A stretch of 64,000 nt of DNA from the IMG/VR virus record IMGVR_UViG_3300037189_026207, positions 1 through 64,000 of that record; one strand, written 5' to 3'. Positions 10,175-19,818 of this stretch are shown here, piece after piece. The notes below the pieces were generated by a model. The model saw only the letters and a list, made by a program, of their open reading frames with translations, was not told where the DNA came from and made no database searches. The translations under genes and the position numbers were made by a program. Source of the DNA: a virus. Position 1 is the first letter of the stretch, and the number at the start of each line of letters is the position of its first letter.

Positions 10175-12818
10175 GGGTTTTCAAAGCTCCATTTTTTTCC
10201 GTAAAGATTACGCGCACGCTTTGTCTGTCATAGACATCGCCGTCGAAATCCTTGATTTTCCGATTACCACACACTGTCCGGTCTGTTCTGAGCTATCTCT
10301 TAATATTTATGAAGATACACCCAGATCAGACCTTTGGCTTGCGTGCACAAACTGTCCCGCACATGGAAATATCATAACATTTGCCAGCGCGTACTGGAAG
10401 CTCAATACGCTAGAGACGGCAGACAAATTTAAAGAATTAGGCGTAAATACCCGAGAGTTAAGCCACGACAATAAGCAGGAATTAACCAAGCATGCAAAAA
10501 TTATACATGCTTCGGATCACTTCTGGACCCAGGCGGCTAACCAGCTCTGGACACACAGTAACGACATATTAACGTTAAAATTTCGTGACTTTGGGTTGTC
10601 GCCAGAACTGCCCTGTTACGGACTTGCGGGAATCGCCACGACCAGCCAGATCGCGGAATTATGTAAAAATATATGGCCAGCCTACCCCAAAAGATTGCGC
10701 AACAATATTCCAGTACTAGTGCTGCCGTACTGCGAATTGCCGCGGCATTATTCGGGATTTTTGTTTTTACAGTATCTAGAGGAATTTGAGGTTCGTCGGG
10801 TATTTGTTCCGATGTACACCGGGCGGATGTCGACTCTGGATAAGGTGGACGCCGGATATTACTTGCTCGAGCCGGCGGTGCTCGCGAAAAACGAGGCGGT
10901 AAGCAATGCCGTCTTTGTTGTTGACGATCCGCTGTGGGCGTTAAAGGCGCAAACAATACAGCTGCGGCACGGCAATTCTTTTCTGCCGATTTGCGCGAGC
11001 TACAGCGGAAAAGAAGGCGATACGCTGGGTTATAACTGGAATGGGCTGTCGAGGCAGCGCAGATTCTTTTACGGCAACCGCATCACGCCCGCCATAATAT
11101 CACAAGCAGCTAATGCGCCAGGATATGTATGTGCGTTAAAAAAAGATGGATTAGAAAAACCCACGCAGCCACTCAAAACAATCAAAACACTGAGTCAGCT
11201 ATTTCGATCAGCCACCACCTGGCAAAAGATGCTGACACAAATTTTTGAGCGTAATAACGAAATTACAGCAAACAGCTTTTTTACAAAGTTAACAGTTCCG
11301 GCTGACAGACTGCGAAATTTTTTAACAAATAGTCGCGTGGTGTCGGCGGAGGTGGCGGATGACTTAATGGCGCGCACGTCGCCAACGTACATAACGTCTA
11401 CGGAAGATACGCACTATTCAACCGCGGTAGTCGTGCGCGAAGACGGCTGGTATACGGCAAAAAACTCGCTCATAACTAATTGCGTGCCGGTCATAGAGAA
11501 AATTATTCACACAGATGACAATAAATATTATGTTGGCCACGTAAAAAAACAAGACAAAGTAGTTCCGTTTTATGAGGAGGCAAAAACAATCGAGGACATC
11601 GGTTTTCTTGCCTACGCTGAAAGAATTATGGCGGCGCACGGAGAACACGTCATATTTGTTAGTTACTGGAATCGCCGCAGTAACATTACCGCCATGTCTC
11701 TTCGCCCGCCGGAAATAATTCACACGAGAAGTAAACCCGGCTGGGACGAAATTACAAAAGAACTCTATACAGCAGATTATGCGATTAACACAGACGGCGT
11801 AATCCGCGCTATTCCATGCGCAGATATAAAAACAAAACACGCGTTTAAATTACCTGAGCCGGGGCTATTCCCGCCGCCTTCTGTTTATACGCTGCTTGGC
11901 CCGGCGCATGAAAACACGACGCCTTGGCTTATAGTTGCCGCTACGTTAGCTAACATACTTGCGCCGGCCGCTGATAAAGCGCTGCAAAGTGTTGCAATAA
12001 CTAGCGATTTGTTTTTAGCCGCAAACCAAATATTTAAAAGCATACATCTTGAATGTACAGAAATTCGAACAACGTCGAGAGTAATTACTAAATGTTTTCT
12101 TGACGGTATTGGTCGGACTGAGTGGCCGCGCACAATTTTCAGTTACCACACAACAGACAAAGCAATAGAGTTAGCGCTGGTCAGACACAAAGACACAGCC
12201 GCTACGATAAAGATCGCCCCGGAAACAGTTACGGCGGCACTTAGCTACGGTTGGCAAGTAATCGCCGGAATTGCCCCAAACGCAAACACAGATTACTCCA
12301 GTCTGCCGTACATTGTGGCCGGTTACTTGCAGCACGCACTGAAAAACAAAATTAAATTACTGCAAAACAACAACAAAAATTTAACAATTGCCGTGTTGCG
12401 CGATCTACACAATTGGCTTGCTGAAACATACAACAGTTCGTTTAATTTGGCGCAGGCCGAAAATGGGCTGTTGCTGCCGGGCAATGAGATAATATACTTA
12501 ATGCGCGAAGTTAATAACGCTATACTAGCAAATGAAATAGACCTACTACCCGCTCCGCGCAAAAAAAGACAAAACTGGAGTTATGTCGTCAGAGACAGCG
12601 AAACGTGGTGGCTTAATCAAAGAGCAATTGACAACTACCTAAAAAACATAGGCGCAGTAAAACCAAACTGGCTAGCGATATCTGATTGCTTTGCGCAAAA
12701 CAATTTATTACACGGCGAACGTATTATTCATCAAATGACTGGCCTTTTAGTTAAAAAAGAATGGTGTGATAAATTTTGGACGAGTTACGGAGATGTTACC
12801 AATTCTAATATTGGGTAG
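10173..12818 (+). CDS. Large protein with DnaG-like Zn-binding N-terminus and degenerate TOPRIM/DUF927-like segments
   Basis: CPVC...WLACTNCPAHGNIITF; VFVVDDP where TOPRIM has VEG. Confidence 0.5.
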   Translation: MGFQSSIFFRKDYAHALSVIDIAVEILDFPITTHCPVCSELSLNIYEDTPRSDLWLACTNCPAHGNIITFASAYWKLNTLETADKFKELGVNTRELSHDNKQELTKHAKIIHASDHFWTQAANQLWTHSNDILTLKFRDFGLSPELPCYGLAGIATTSQIAELCKNIWPAYPKRLRNNIPVLVLPYCELPRHYSGFLFLQYLEEFEVRRVFVPMYTGRMSTLDKVDAGYYLLEPAVLAKNEAVSNAVFVVDDPLWALKAQTIQLRHGNSFLPICASYSGKEGDTLGYNWNGLSRQRRFFYGNRITPAIISQAANAPGYVCALKKDGLEKPTQPLKTIKTLSQLFRSATTWQKMLTQIFERNNEITANSFFTKLTVPADRLRNFLTNSRVVSAEVADDLMARTSPTYITSTEDTHYSTAVVVREDGWYTAKNSLITNCVPVIEKIIHTDDNKYYVGHVKKQDKVVPFYEEAKTIEDIGFLAYAERIMAAHGEHVIFVSYWNRRSNITAMSLRPPEIIHTRSKPGWDEITKELYTADYAINTDGVIRAIPCADIKTKHAFKLPEPGLFPPPSVYTLLGPAHENTTPWLIVAATLANILAPAADKALQSVAITSDLFLAANQIFKSIHLECTEIRTTSRVITKCFLDGIGRTEWPRTIFSYHTTDKAIELALVRHKDTAATIKIAPETVTAALSYGWQVIAGIAPNANTDYSSLPYIVAGYLQHALKNKIKLLQNNNKNLTIAVLRDLHNWLAETYNSSFNLAQAENGLLLPGNEIIYLMREVNNAILANEIDLLPAPRKKRQNWSYVVRDSETWWLNQRAIDNYLKNIGAVKPNWLAISDCFAQNNLLHGERIIHQMTGLLVKKEWCDKFWTSYGDVTNSNIG

Positions 12819-12821
12819 GAG

Positions 12822-13157
12822 ATGACTATGAAAATCGAATGGTTGCGCGAATGGCATCAAAAACTTTTTGCAGAAATAGACGCCCGGCGCGACGATTTCG
12901 ATGATGACTTCATTGACGAAGAGTGGCAATTCGTAGAAGACGACGAAGAATACGACGACGATGACGACGAAGATGATTCAGATTTCTCCGAGCCAAAAGT
13001 CGATTGGTACATTGATGACGACGACGAAGACGAAGAATACGACGACGATGAAGACGAAGAGTTTGACTGGGTCGATGACGACGAAGAAGAAGAAATAGAC
13101 GAAGAAGACCCAGAATACTTCGACGACTCGGACAGCGACTTCGATCTTGACGATTAA
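12822..13157 (+). CDS. Extremely acidic small protein
   Basis: D/E runs with interspersed W/Y/F; AGGAG RBS. Confidence 0.7.
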   Translation: MTMKIEWLREWHQKLFAEIDARRDDFDDDFIDEEWQFVEDDEEYDDDDDEDDSDFSEPKVDWYIDDDDEDEEYDDDEDEEFDWVDDDEEEEIDEEDPEYFDDSDSDFDLDD

Positions 13158-13161
13158 GTTT

Positions 13162-13233
13162 GCCGGCGTAGCTCAATGGTAGAGCTGTTGATTTGTAATC
13201 AGCAGGTTGGGGGTTCGATTCCCTCCGCCGGCT
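13162..13233 (+). tRNA. tRNA-Thr(UGU), CCA not encoded
   Basis: gccggcg acceptor, TAGCTCAATGGTAGAGC D-arm, anticodon TGT, GTTCGATT T-loop. Confidence 0.95.
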
Positions 13234-13251
13234 TTTCGAGGAGTCGTCGCG

Positions 13252-13701
13252 ATGAACCAATTTGTAATCACGATAAAAAGCATTAATAAACTAGCGACCG
13301 CAGAAGTCACAGCGATTTATTCGCGCCTGTCGCATAAAAACTCAAAAAGCACTAGTTCAATTAAACCAGAGTTAGAGCGCCGCTATCTAACTTTGACGAC
13401 GGGTCGGCATCCGGACATGTCCGTCGCCCTGATCCGATATAACGAGGAATTAGTGGGCTGGGTAGGAACGCGCCCGTGGCCAGAGAAATTTAAGGGCGAT
13501 CGGATCGTTGCGCAAACAGTAGAGTGCTTTGTGGCGCCAGAGCACCGAAGACGCGGAATAGCGCGGCTAGGGCTGCAGGCGCTTGTAAGTGCCGGGTACA
13601 TCGACAAGAATGCGCCGGTATCTGTCTACGCGCCTGAAGTGGTTAGCTTAGCCACGCAGTGCGGATGTCGAGTAGTTCTTTTTTGCGAGGCAGTAGAATG
13701 A
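13252..13701 (+). CDS. GNAT-family acetyltransferase
   Basis: FVAPEHRRRGIA motif A; GAGGAG RBS. Confidence 0.8.
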   Translation: MNQFVITIKSINKLATAEVTAIYSRLSHKNSKSTSSIKPELERRYLTLTTGRHPDMSVALIRYNEELVGWVGTRPWPEKFKGDRIVAQTVECFVAPEHRRRGIARLGLQALVSAGYIDKNAPVSVYAPEVVSLATQCGCRVVLFCEAVE

Positions 13702-13970
13702 AACGATATCACGAAGAACGCCAAATTATGGAGAATCGCGCAAAAAAGTACCGCAGTATAAATAGCGGCTGGCTTAGTTACTTTGTACCCAACACCGGCG
13801 AGCCAGCAAAACAAACAGAAGTTGGTCGCTATAGAAAATCCTTGCGGTGCGGCGGCTGTGGTCGCGCGCGCTGTCAAGTTTGCCATTCAGACAAATTTCC
13901 AAAACGAAAACTTACGCAAAAAGAAATTCAGAGCAAGAAAGACTTTGACGAGCAACAAAAGGAGCTCTAA
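13698..13970 (+). CDS. Basic Cys-rich hypothetical protein
   Basis: CGGCGRARCQVCH; ATGA overlap with the GNAT gene. Confidence 0.6.
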   Translation: MKRYHEERQIMENRAKKYRSINSGWLSYFVPNTGEPAKQTEVGRYRKSLRCGGCGRARCQVCHSDKFPKRKLTQKEIQSKKDFDEQQKEL

Positions 13971-14503
13971 TGTTTGAGCCCAATGATAACGAGTGGGAAA
14001 ATAACAACGACACGCCAAATTATTGGGATAACAACGAGCCGGTAGAACTTAGGCCCAGCACTTCTATTGCTGATCTGCGCGATAATGCAATTCGCCTTTT
14101 TGAAATGTACTTGGCATTTCGGCTAAAGACTAAGCCAAACTTAGCCGATATCGACGACCGCCGCAGATTTTTGTCTGAAGACGAGACTGAGAGCATCGTC
14201 AAAGAATTTAGCTCTGACGCTGGATTACCGGACGGCGTTTACGGAATTGGCGCAAAGAGCGTAGAAGAGTTGATGCAAAAAACGAAAGCAATCATGCATA
14301 CGCTTATGCAGCGCATCATGTCTAACTTGATGCAAGAAGGCGTAAATCTCGGACTGCTCGATTGCGCGTTTGACGACGAAGAGGGCGCATTTGCATTCAG
14401 CCCGTCCAAAGAAGGCGAGAAAATTATTGAAAAGCTAAAGAATAGCGCCGACACCAAGAAGACAAAAAAAAGAAAAAAGAAAAAGAATGATTCCGAAGAC
14501 TGA
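13970..14503 (+). CDS. Hypothetical protein
   Basis: AAGGAG RBS; coupled. Confidence 0.65.
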   Translation: MFEPNDNEWENNNDTPNYWDNNEPVELRPSTSIADLRDNAIRLFEMYLAFRLKTKPNLADIDDRRRFLSEDETESIVKEFSSDAGLPDGVYGIGAKSVEELMQKTKAIMHTLMQRIMSNLMQEGVNLGLLDCAFDDEEGAFAFSPSKEGEKIIEKLKNSADTKKTKKRKKKKNDSED

Positions 14504-14750
14504 CTGGAACCCGTCTCCATCAGATATTGCATGGCAGCGCGATATGCTGCGAATACTAAAAAATGGCGCGGTATGGGGCGTACCGGTTAGCCTTAGCTCA
14601 TTTAAATTTGACAAGACTAACAAAACGTTTTGTCTTATTGTTGGAGACCCCGCGCACGAAACAAATAGACGAATTGCAAAAGTTTTACAAGCGCTTGGTT
14701 ACGCAGAAACAGAAAAAACTGGAGAAGAAGATAATGACGACGACGTTTGA
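14487..14750 (+). CDS. Hypothetical protein
   Basis: Overlapping operon gene. Confidence 0.55.
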   Translation: MIPKTDWNPSPSDIAWQRDMLRILKNGAVWGVPVSLSSFKFDKTNKTFCLIVGDPAHETNRRIAKVLQALGYAETEKTGEEDNDDDV

Positions 14751-15060
14751 GGCTAGGTTAGTTACAGCGGTATATGAGACTTCGGAAAAGTATGCCGCTG
14801 CTGTGCGCTACGAAATGGAGCTCGAGGACGGGCGGGCAACAGTAAAGCTCGCGGCCATCGATCGTATTATGAAGGCCGGGGATAACGCTATGACCGGCAA
14901 GCCGCACAGCTTCTCAAGCGCTGAGGCGGCCGTAAATACAGACCGTGAGTATGCAGACTACCTGGGCAAGCAGCGCGAAGCCGTAGTCGAGCGAATTCTG
15001 GCTAAGGCGCGGTATGAGGCCGCGCTGCTTGAGGGTCGGCTGTACGGAGAGAAGGATTAA
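14734..15060 (+). CDS. Helical hypothetical protein (weak UvsY-like resemblance)
   Basis: SAEAAVNTDREY pattern, coiled coil. Confidence 0.45.
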   Translation: MTTTFEARLVTAVYETSEKYAAAVRYEMELEDGRATVKLAAIDRIMKAGDNAMTGKPHSFSSAEAAVNTDREYADYLGKQREAVVERILAKARYEAALLEGRLYGEKD

Positions 15061-15320
15061 TGCAGGCAGCAGATCCTTATTCTATCGAAGTGGGCGATCG
15101 GATTCGCCTACTCGATATGCCGAATGATCCAGACCCGGTGCCGGCGGGTACCGAGGGTGTGGTAAAGATGGTGACTGATATTGGATTTCGGCAAAAGAAA
15201 GAAATCCAACTGGTAGTTAAATGGGATAACGGCCGTAGTCTAAGCTGTATCTGTCCTCCAGACCTCGTGGAAATCGTGAGTAAAAGAAATGAAGCAGGAA
15301 GTAGCGCAGAAATGGATTAA
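15060..15320 (+). CDS. DUF4314-family protein
   Basis: GDRIRLLDM.NDPDPVPAGTEG.V...DIG...V.WDNGRSL. Confidence 0.8.
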   Translation: MQAADPYSIEVGDRIRLLDMPNDPDPVPAGTEGVVKMVTDIGFRQKKEIQLVVKWDNGRSLSCICPPDLVEIVSKRNEAGSSAEMD

Positions 15321-15717
15321 AGCTCTTCGTTCTGGGAAATATAAACAAGGTAGAAAAGCATTAAAGTATCGCGACAAGGGGGTTACGCGGCATTGTTGCT
15401 TAGGCGTTCTTTGCGAGTTGTATCAGCAAGAAAAGAAAAGCAAACAGCAGCGTTGCCTTAAAACAGTTGAAGTAAATCCGGAAAAAGAGTGCTTATGGCT
15501 TGACGTATCCGGCACGGGCAAGTGTCGCGCATTTCGATTTGCAAATACGGCGACGGAGTTACCCAAGAGCGTGCAAAAATGGGCCGGGATGCACAGCGAA
15601 GACGGCGTATACGCCTTCTCGGCTAGCCGGCAATTTAATCTTGCCGCGCTAAACGATAAAGGAACAACGTTTAAAGAAATTGCAGATGTTATTGAAAAGA
15701 AATGCGATGAGCTTTAA
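15289..15717 (+). CDS. Conserved phage protein (W..ALRSG.Y.QG...CCLGVLC...ND...F.EIAD.IE)
   Basis: Recognisable widespread phage motif set. Confidence 0.75.
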   Translation: MKQEVAQKWIKALRSGKYKQGRKALKYRDKGVTRHCCLGVLCELYQQEKKSKQQRCLKTVEVNPEKECLWLDVSGTGKCRAFRFANTATELPKSVQKWAGMHSEDGVYAFSASRQFNLAALNDKGTTFKEIADVIEKKCDEL

Positions 15718-17627
15718 TACCCACCAAAAAATCTATTGCCCATGTCATCGTCAACCCAGTCAGTTGGGTTTTCGGTAACGGCGGTTCGATTACTGATCGC
15801 GCCTAGGCCGGCGAGCTCGGCAAAGTTCGGCCATGCTTGGTTGATGTGCCACAAGGCAGCACAGCCAATGTTTACCGCTTGCGCAAAATCGTCGCTAAGT
15901 AGCACGTTGCGCGTAATCGTGTAGATATCGCCGCCTAGGCGCGACTCAGTTTTATTTTCGACAAGGGCAAGGAAATCCGAGATTAAGCCGGGGCTATCTT
16001 GCGACTCCCAGTCATATTTAAAAAACCGAATTAGTTTTAGCTTGATGGCCTGGCACGTGTACAGCAAAGAACGCGTCTTGTCGAGTGAGTAGTGCTGGCG
16101 GTGATTAATAGGCGTAGATGGCTTAAACACCATTACGTCCTGACTGGCGGCCCTAACAAGCCGCACGGCCATGACGCGGTCCAAATTAAATCCCGCCTGC
16201 ACCATAACCGTTTCGCGGACTGTGCCGGCGCCGGTATAGTCATGCGCCACGAAATCGATTTGGAATTTTTCTGCCCAGCGCATGCACTCCACGGCCTCAG
16301 CCAGGTGGTCTGCGCCGAGAATAATGCGCTTAGCCCACAATACGTCGATTGTGCCGTCGGGGCGGAATCCCAGTACAGTCAGAACAGTAAAAGAAATACC
16401 TTCTTCACCGCCTCCACCCCAGTCAATCGCCAAAACGCGATGCTTGTAGTCCCGTAAATTTTTTAGGCACTCTTTGTTTGGATCTTTTTCATTTGGCCAG
16501 GCTAGCGTGCAAGCATTTCGTAGTTCAGTTTCTGTAATGAGTTTCTGCCCGGCGTCAACAGATTCGCCTAGCACCTCATTGTAGAACTGCGCTTGCGTCA
16601 TATTGCCGAAACCTTCCCGTTTGAGCAATAACGTATTCCATTTCTCTGGGTCAGCGAAGTGGAGCGGCAAAATAAGCTGCGGCACATGGTAGCCCGCAAA
16701 TTGCCAGCGCCGCTCAGGATGGCGATGAACCCAGCGCCCGTGTCTTGGATTAATTGGCTTACGGCATTTTGCGCATACAGTGCCGGGATGTTTTTCACTA
16801 ATGTGGATATTGAACGGCCCAATAATCGCGTCCAGGTCGTGATCGGACGACGGTATGTTCCATTTCCCGCACGAGTGACACGGGATAAACCATTCCGCCA
16901 TGCTGCTCCGGCGGTATAGGCCCTCTAACGGGTTATCTATAGATTTTGGCGTCCCGGTGAAATGCGTAATAGCGTAACGAGAATACGACATCGTTTCTTG
17001 TACGATCGGAATATGGTCCGGATCCATATCCTGAATTTCGTCAAAGCAAACGCGATCTGCAGACACACCGCGGACACGATCTGCGTCCAGCAGCGCGAAC
17101 GAGAACAACATAATCGATTTGTTCTTAAAACTACGCTGCAATACGTTATTTTCAGTATCAGTTCCCGACCACTGCGACTTAACAGGAGATTGATCAATAA
17201 ACGAACGGACGTAATTGTTGCTAAAGCGACGGATCTGCTCGTACAGCGGCGTAACGTATAGCGTCTTGAAAAACGGGATGCTATTCGACATCACGACGCC
17301 ATGCGCGGCCAGGCTTGTCGACTTAGACAACTGTCGGCCTGTTTTCCAGACTTGATTCTTCGGCATCAATAATCTGAAAAGTGGGCCGAACGGGTAATGA
17401 TTTTTTAAAGTGTACGGCTTACCATTTAAATTTAAAACTAGCGGCAGAATGGGTTCCAGAGATGGAAAACATTGTTGCGCAGCTAGCTCTTGCAGCAGAC
17501 CAGCCCGACTATTAAGTGCTTTAGCGTCTGTCGCATCAATTGACACCAATTCCCGAAGAAGTTTTTGAACGCCCTCGTTAGGCGTTTCAATTCCTCCTTC
17601 CGGCGGCAGGGCCGTTTCCTGCAACAT
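15714..17627 (-). CDS. terL: Terminase large subunit (GpA-like)
   Basis: KTGRQLSKST Walker A, RVRGVSAD..CFDE Walker B, GTPK, CxxC..CxxC insert, AIDWG nuclease motif; start inferred at MLQET. Confidence 0.9.
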   Translation of the reverse strand: MLQETALPPEGGIETPNEGVQKLLRELVSIDATDAKALNSRAGLLQELAAQQCFPSLEPILPLVLNLNGKPYTLKNHYPFGPLFRLLMPKNQVWKTGRQLSKSTSLAAHGVVMSNSIPFFKTLYVTPLYEQIRRFSNNYVRSFIDQSPVKSQWSGTDTENNVLQRSFKNKSIMLFSFALLDADRVRGVSADRVCFDEIQDMDPDHIPIVQETMSYSRYAITHFTGTPKSIDNPLEGLYRRSSMAEWFIPCHSCGKWNIPSSDHDLDAIIGPFNIHISEKHPGTVCAKCRKPINPRHGRWVHRHPERRWQFAGYHVPQLILPLHFADPEKWNTLLLKREGFGNMTQAQFYNEVLGESVDAGQKLITETELRNACTLAWPNEKDPNKECLKNLRDYKHRVLAIDWGGGGEEGISFTVLTVLGFRPDGTIDVLWAKRIILGADHLAEAVECMRWAEKFQIDFVAHDYTGAGTVRETVMVQAGFNLDRVMAVRLVRAASQDVMVFKPSTPINHRQHYSLDKTRSLLYTCQAIKLKLIRFFKYDWESQDSPGLISDFLALVENKTESRLGGDIYTITRNVLLSDDFAQAVNIGCAALWHINQAWPNFAELAGLGAISNRTAVTENPTDWVDDDMGNRFFGGY

Positions 17628-17639
17628 AAAGGTGCCCTT

Positions 17640-17822
17640 TTGGGTAAATATGAAAATGGGCGTTATTCGCCCGGACAAAATGACGGTGAACTGCAGTGGC
17701 TAGAAGACGGTATTGGTTTATTGTTTACCGTAGCGTTTTCTAGCATTGTGTTGCTTATTACTGGTGTTGTCAGCATTGTAGCGGGTATTTTCTCGCTCAT
17801 CACCGGAAACGATTACGACTAA
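17640..17822 (+). CDS. Small membrane protein (start uncertain)
   Basis: Hydrophobic C-terminal helix; TTG start after AAGGTG. Confidence 0.4.
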   Translation: MGKYENGRYSPGQNDGELQWLEDGIGLLFTVAFSSIVLLITGVVSIVAGIFSLITGNDYD

Positions 17823-17829
17823 CAATCGT

Positions 17830-17874
17830 GCCGGGGCGAGTATACTGGGGAGTAGCTTGCCCCGGCCTTATTTT
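17830..17874 (+). terminator. Intrinsic terminator-like hairpin
   Basis: gccggggcgag...cttgccccggc then ttatttt. Confidence 0.65.
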
Positions 17875-17886
17875 ATTGAGGAAAAA

Positions 17887-18111
17887 ATGCCAAACATAAG
17901 TAAAAGCGCTAAATTATATCAAGAACGGCGCCAGCCCGATATTCGAAAAACATGGCGGGGTCCTGGTCCGTATCTAAACTTAAAAGATAATCTGGCGCTC
18001 AATTTAAAACTACAGCCGCCACTTCCAATTCCGGAAACGCAAATAAATCCGGCCGCTCCTGATAACACAAAGACAGAAGTTTGGCCATTTGGAGATTTGT
18101 ACGCACCATAA
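17887..18111 (+). CDS. Hypothetical protein
   Basis: GAGGA RBS. Confidence 0.5.
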   Translation: MPNISKSAKLYQERRQPDIRKTWRGPGPYLNLKDNLALNLKLQPPLPIPETQINPAAPDNTKTEVWPFGDLYAP

Positions 18112-18281
18112 TGAAAGCTCAACCGACAGAAACTTTTGTTGGCTTTGGCAGTTTAATTTTCGGCGCGGCGTTGTTGGCTACGCCTGTGCTTGGCGCTCAA
18201 GGTTTTATTGGCGCTATCGTGACCATGTATTTTTGCTTGGTATTCTTAAACGGAGCCTCTGGCGGAAAACGACGTGGCTAA
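18111..18281 (+). CDS. Small two-TM membrane protein
   Basis: Hydrophobic; TAATG coupling. Confidence 0.5.
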   Translation: MKAQPTETFVGFGSLIFGAALLATPVLGAQGFIGAIVTMYFCLVFLNGASGGKRRG

Positions 18282-18630
18282 CGCACTAGATTTCATCGCG
18301 ATTGTATTTGCTACCGGCGCTATTATTGATGTGTGGCATAACGGCAGTATATTTGCCACAGCGCGCGCTATCGTGCAGGCGAAACAAGATGTCGCCCGTG
18401 ATGGCTCGTTTATGCTTTTGTGGACAGAACTTCTAACCTGCCCATTCTGCAAGAGTTATCATATCCCAATTTATCTGTACGTTGCGCTCTTGTCAGCAGA
18501 CTGGCTCGGGGGTATCGTAGCCGTGGGCGTCAGGGTTGTAATCTACGGCCTCGCGGCGACCAGGGTTAGCAATATTGTTGACGGCCTTTTACCAAAAGAA
18601 ATGAGATATGACAGAGAACGAATTATCTGA
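18274..18630 (+). CDS. DUF1360-like membrane protein
   Basis: ELLTCPFCKSYH flanked by TM helices. Confidence 0.65.
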   Translation: MANALDFIAIVFATGAIIDVWHNGSIFATARAIVQAKQDVARDGSFMLLWTELLTCPFCKSYHIPIYLYVALLSADWLGGIVAVGVRVVIYGLAATRVSNIVDGLLPKEMRYDRERII

Positions 18631-19033
18631 CGAATCCAACAAGGCTCAGCCGGCCCCGGTTATTGAATCTAATGATCCGGCTTGCGATTTGCGGTTTTTC
18701 GGCGCTGCTAATAAATTTGCCGAAGAGATGATCAAAAAAATTCCGGAACTGCACGGCGTGGCGGTAATTCCGATGTGGACGCCGCAGCTTAAGGACGTGC
18801 CTAACGGATTACTGCGGTTACGCAACGAAACGCCGCCGTATATCGCGGCACTACTGCAAATGTCCGGAAATGTCGTGGCATTTAATATTGATGTGCAGCG
18901 CGACATGCTGCACCAAATGCGCGCGTTTGATCAGATGGCTAAAGATATTGCCACAGAAGTAAAAAATAAAGTCGACGAGTTAACGGCGCTGAACGAAAAA
19001 ATTGCAAATAGCAAGGAGCAAAAAGCGCAATAA
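18608..19033 (+). CDS. Hypothetical protein
   Basis: Operon gene with C-terminal coiled coil. Confidence 0.6.
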   Translation: MTENELSDESNKAQPAPVIESNDPACDLRFFGAANKFAEEMIKKIPELHGVAVIPMWTPQLKDVPNGLLRLRNETPPYIAALLQMSGNVVAFNIDVQRDMLHQMRAFDQMAKDIATEVKNKVDELTALNEKIANSKEQKAQ

Positions 19034-19299
19034 TGCCGACGCTAACAGAAGATCAAATTCTTGTAGATAAACTGCGTAAAAGATACGAAGGTTTGTCCGA
19101 AAAAGACGCTAGAGCCGATCTTCACGCAAAGTACGCTGAAACTTGGAACGAACAAGAACTAGCCGCCGAGTTTGATGTGCTGGCGATAGACGGACCAACT
19201 GTCCAAGTAGTCCGAAAAGTCGATAGGCAAGCGGGAACTGTCGGATATATTGAGAAGCCGCGGGTGTACTTTGCCTTCGTGGGGTGTGATGATGAATGA
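19033..19299 (+). CDS. Hypothetical protein
   Basis: TAATG coupling. Confidence 0.6.
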   Translation: MPTLTEDQILVDKLRKRYEGLSEKDARADLHAKYAETWNEQELAAEFDVLAIDGPTVQVVRKVDRQAGTVGYIEKPRVYFAFVGCDDE

Positions 19300-19732
19300 A
19301 TACAAAAAATTTGGTACCGGAGCAGTGCGCAGTAACGATCGCGAAACTGTCCGATACGACTTGATTTCGCCCATTGGATTGCGCGCCCTGGCCGAAACAT
19401 ACGCAGAGGGAGCCGAGAAGTTTGGCGCAAATAACTGGGAAAACGGCATGCCGGTTACGGACATCATAAACCACGTATTAGCGCACATCTACGATTTTTT
19501 AGGGGGGTGCCGGAAAGAGCCGCACCTCGCTCACGCCGCCTGGGGATTATTAGCGGCAATACACTCGCTTGAGCAGTGGCCGGAACTGAATACAGCCACG
19601 CTCCGCGGCCCAAACTGCACGTGCCCGCCCGCTGCGCAGAAACCCGCAGCCGCAGCCGCGGCGGCCGCAGCAGACGGGCAACTCGATACTCTACGGCAAA
19701 AATATGCCGCGCCGACGAATGGAAATTCGTAA
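19292..19732 (+). CDS. dATP/dGTP diphosphohydrolase domain protein (DUF5664)
   Basis: FGTGAVR...RYDLISP..L...A....GA.K.G.NNW..G....HLAHA. Confidence 0.85.
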   Translation: MNEYKKFGTGAVRSNDRETVRYDLISPIGLRALAETYAEGAEKFGANNWENGMPVTDIINHVLAHIYDFLGGCRKEPHLAHAAWGLLAAIHSLEQWPELNTATLRGPNCTCPPAAQKPAAAAAAAAADGQLDTLRQKYAAPTNGNS

Positions 19733-19747
19733 ACGGCTGTTCAGCTA

Positions 19748-19776
19748 TTGAAACTTTTATTGCGGTGACCTATCTT
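19748..19776 (+). promoter_or_regulatory. Sigma70-like promoter
   Basis: TTGAAA-17 nt-TATCTT upstream of 19819. Confidence 0.55.
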
Positions 19777-19818
19777 TCAATGACCGCCACGAACCGGCGG
19801 CCACCCAAGGAGCTAGAC

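Noticed and set aside
19292-19732. Z-base (2-aminoadenine) genome
   Set aside because: DUF5664 alone is insufficient; no purZ in the window
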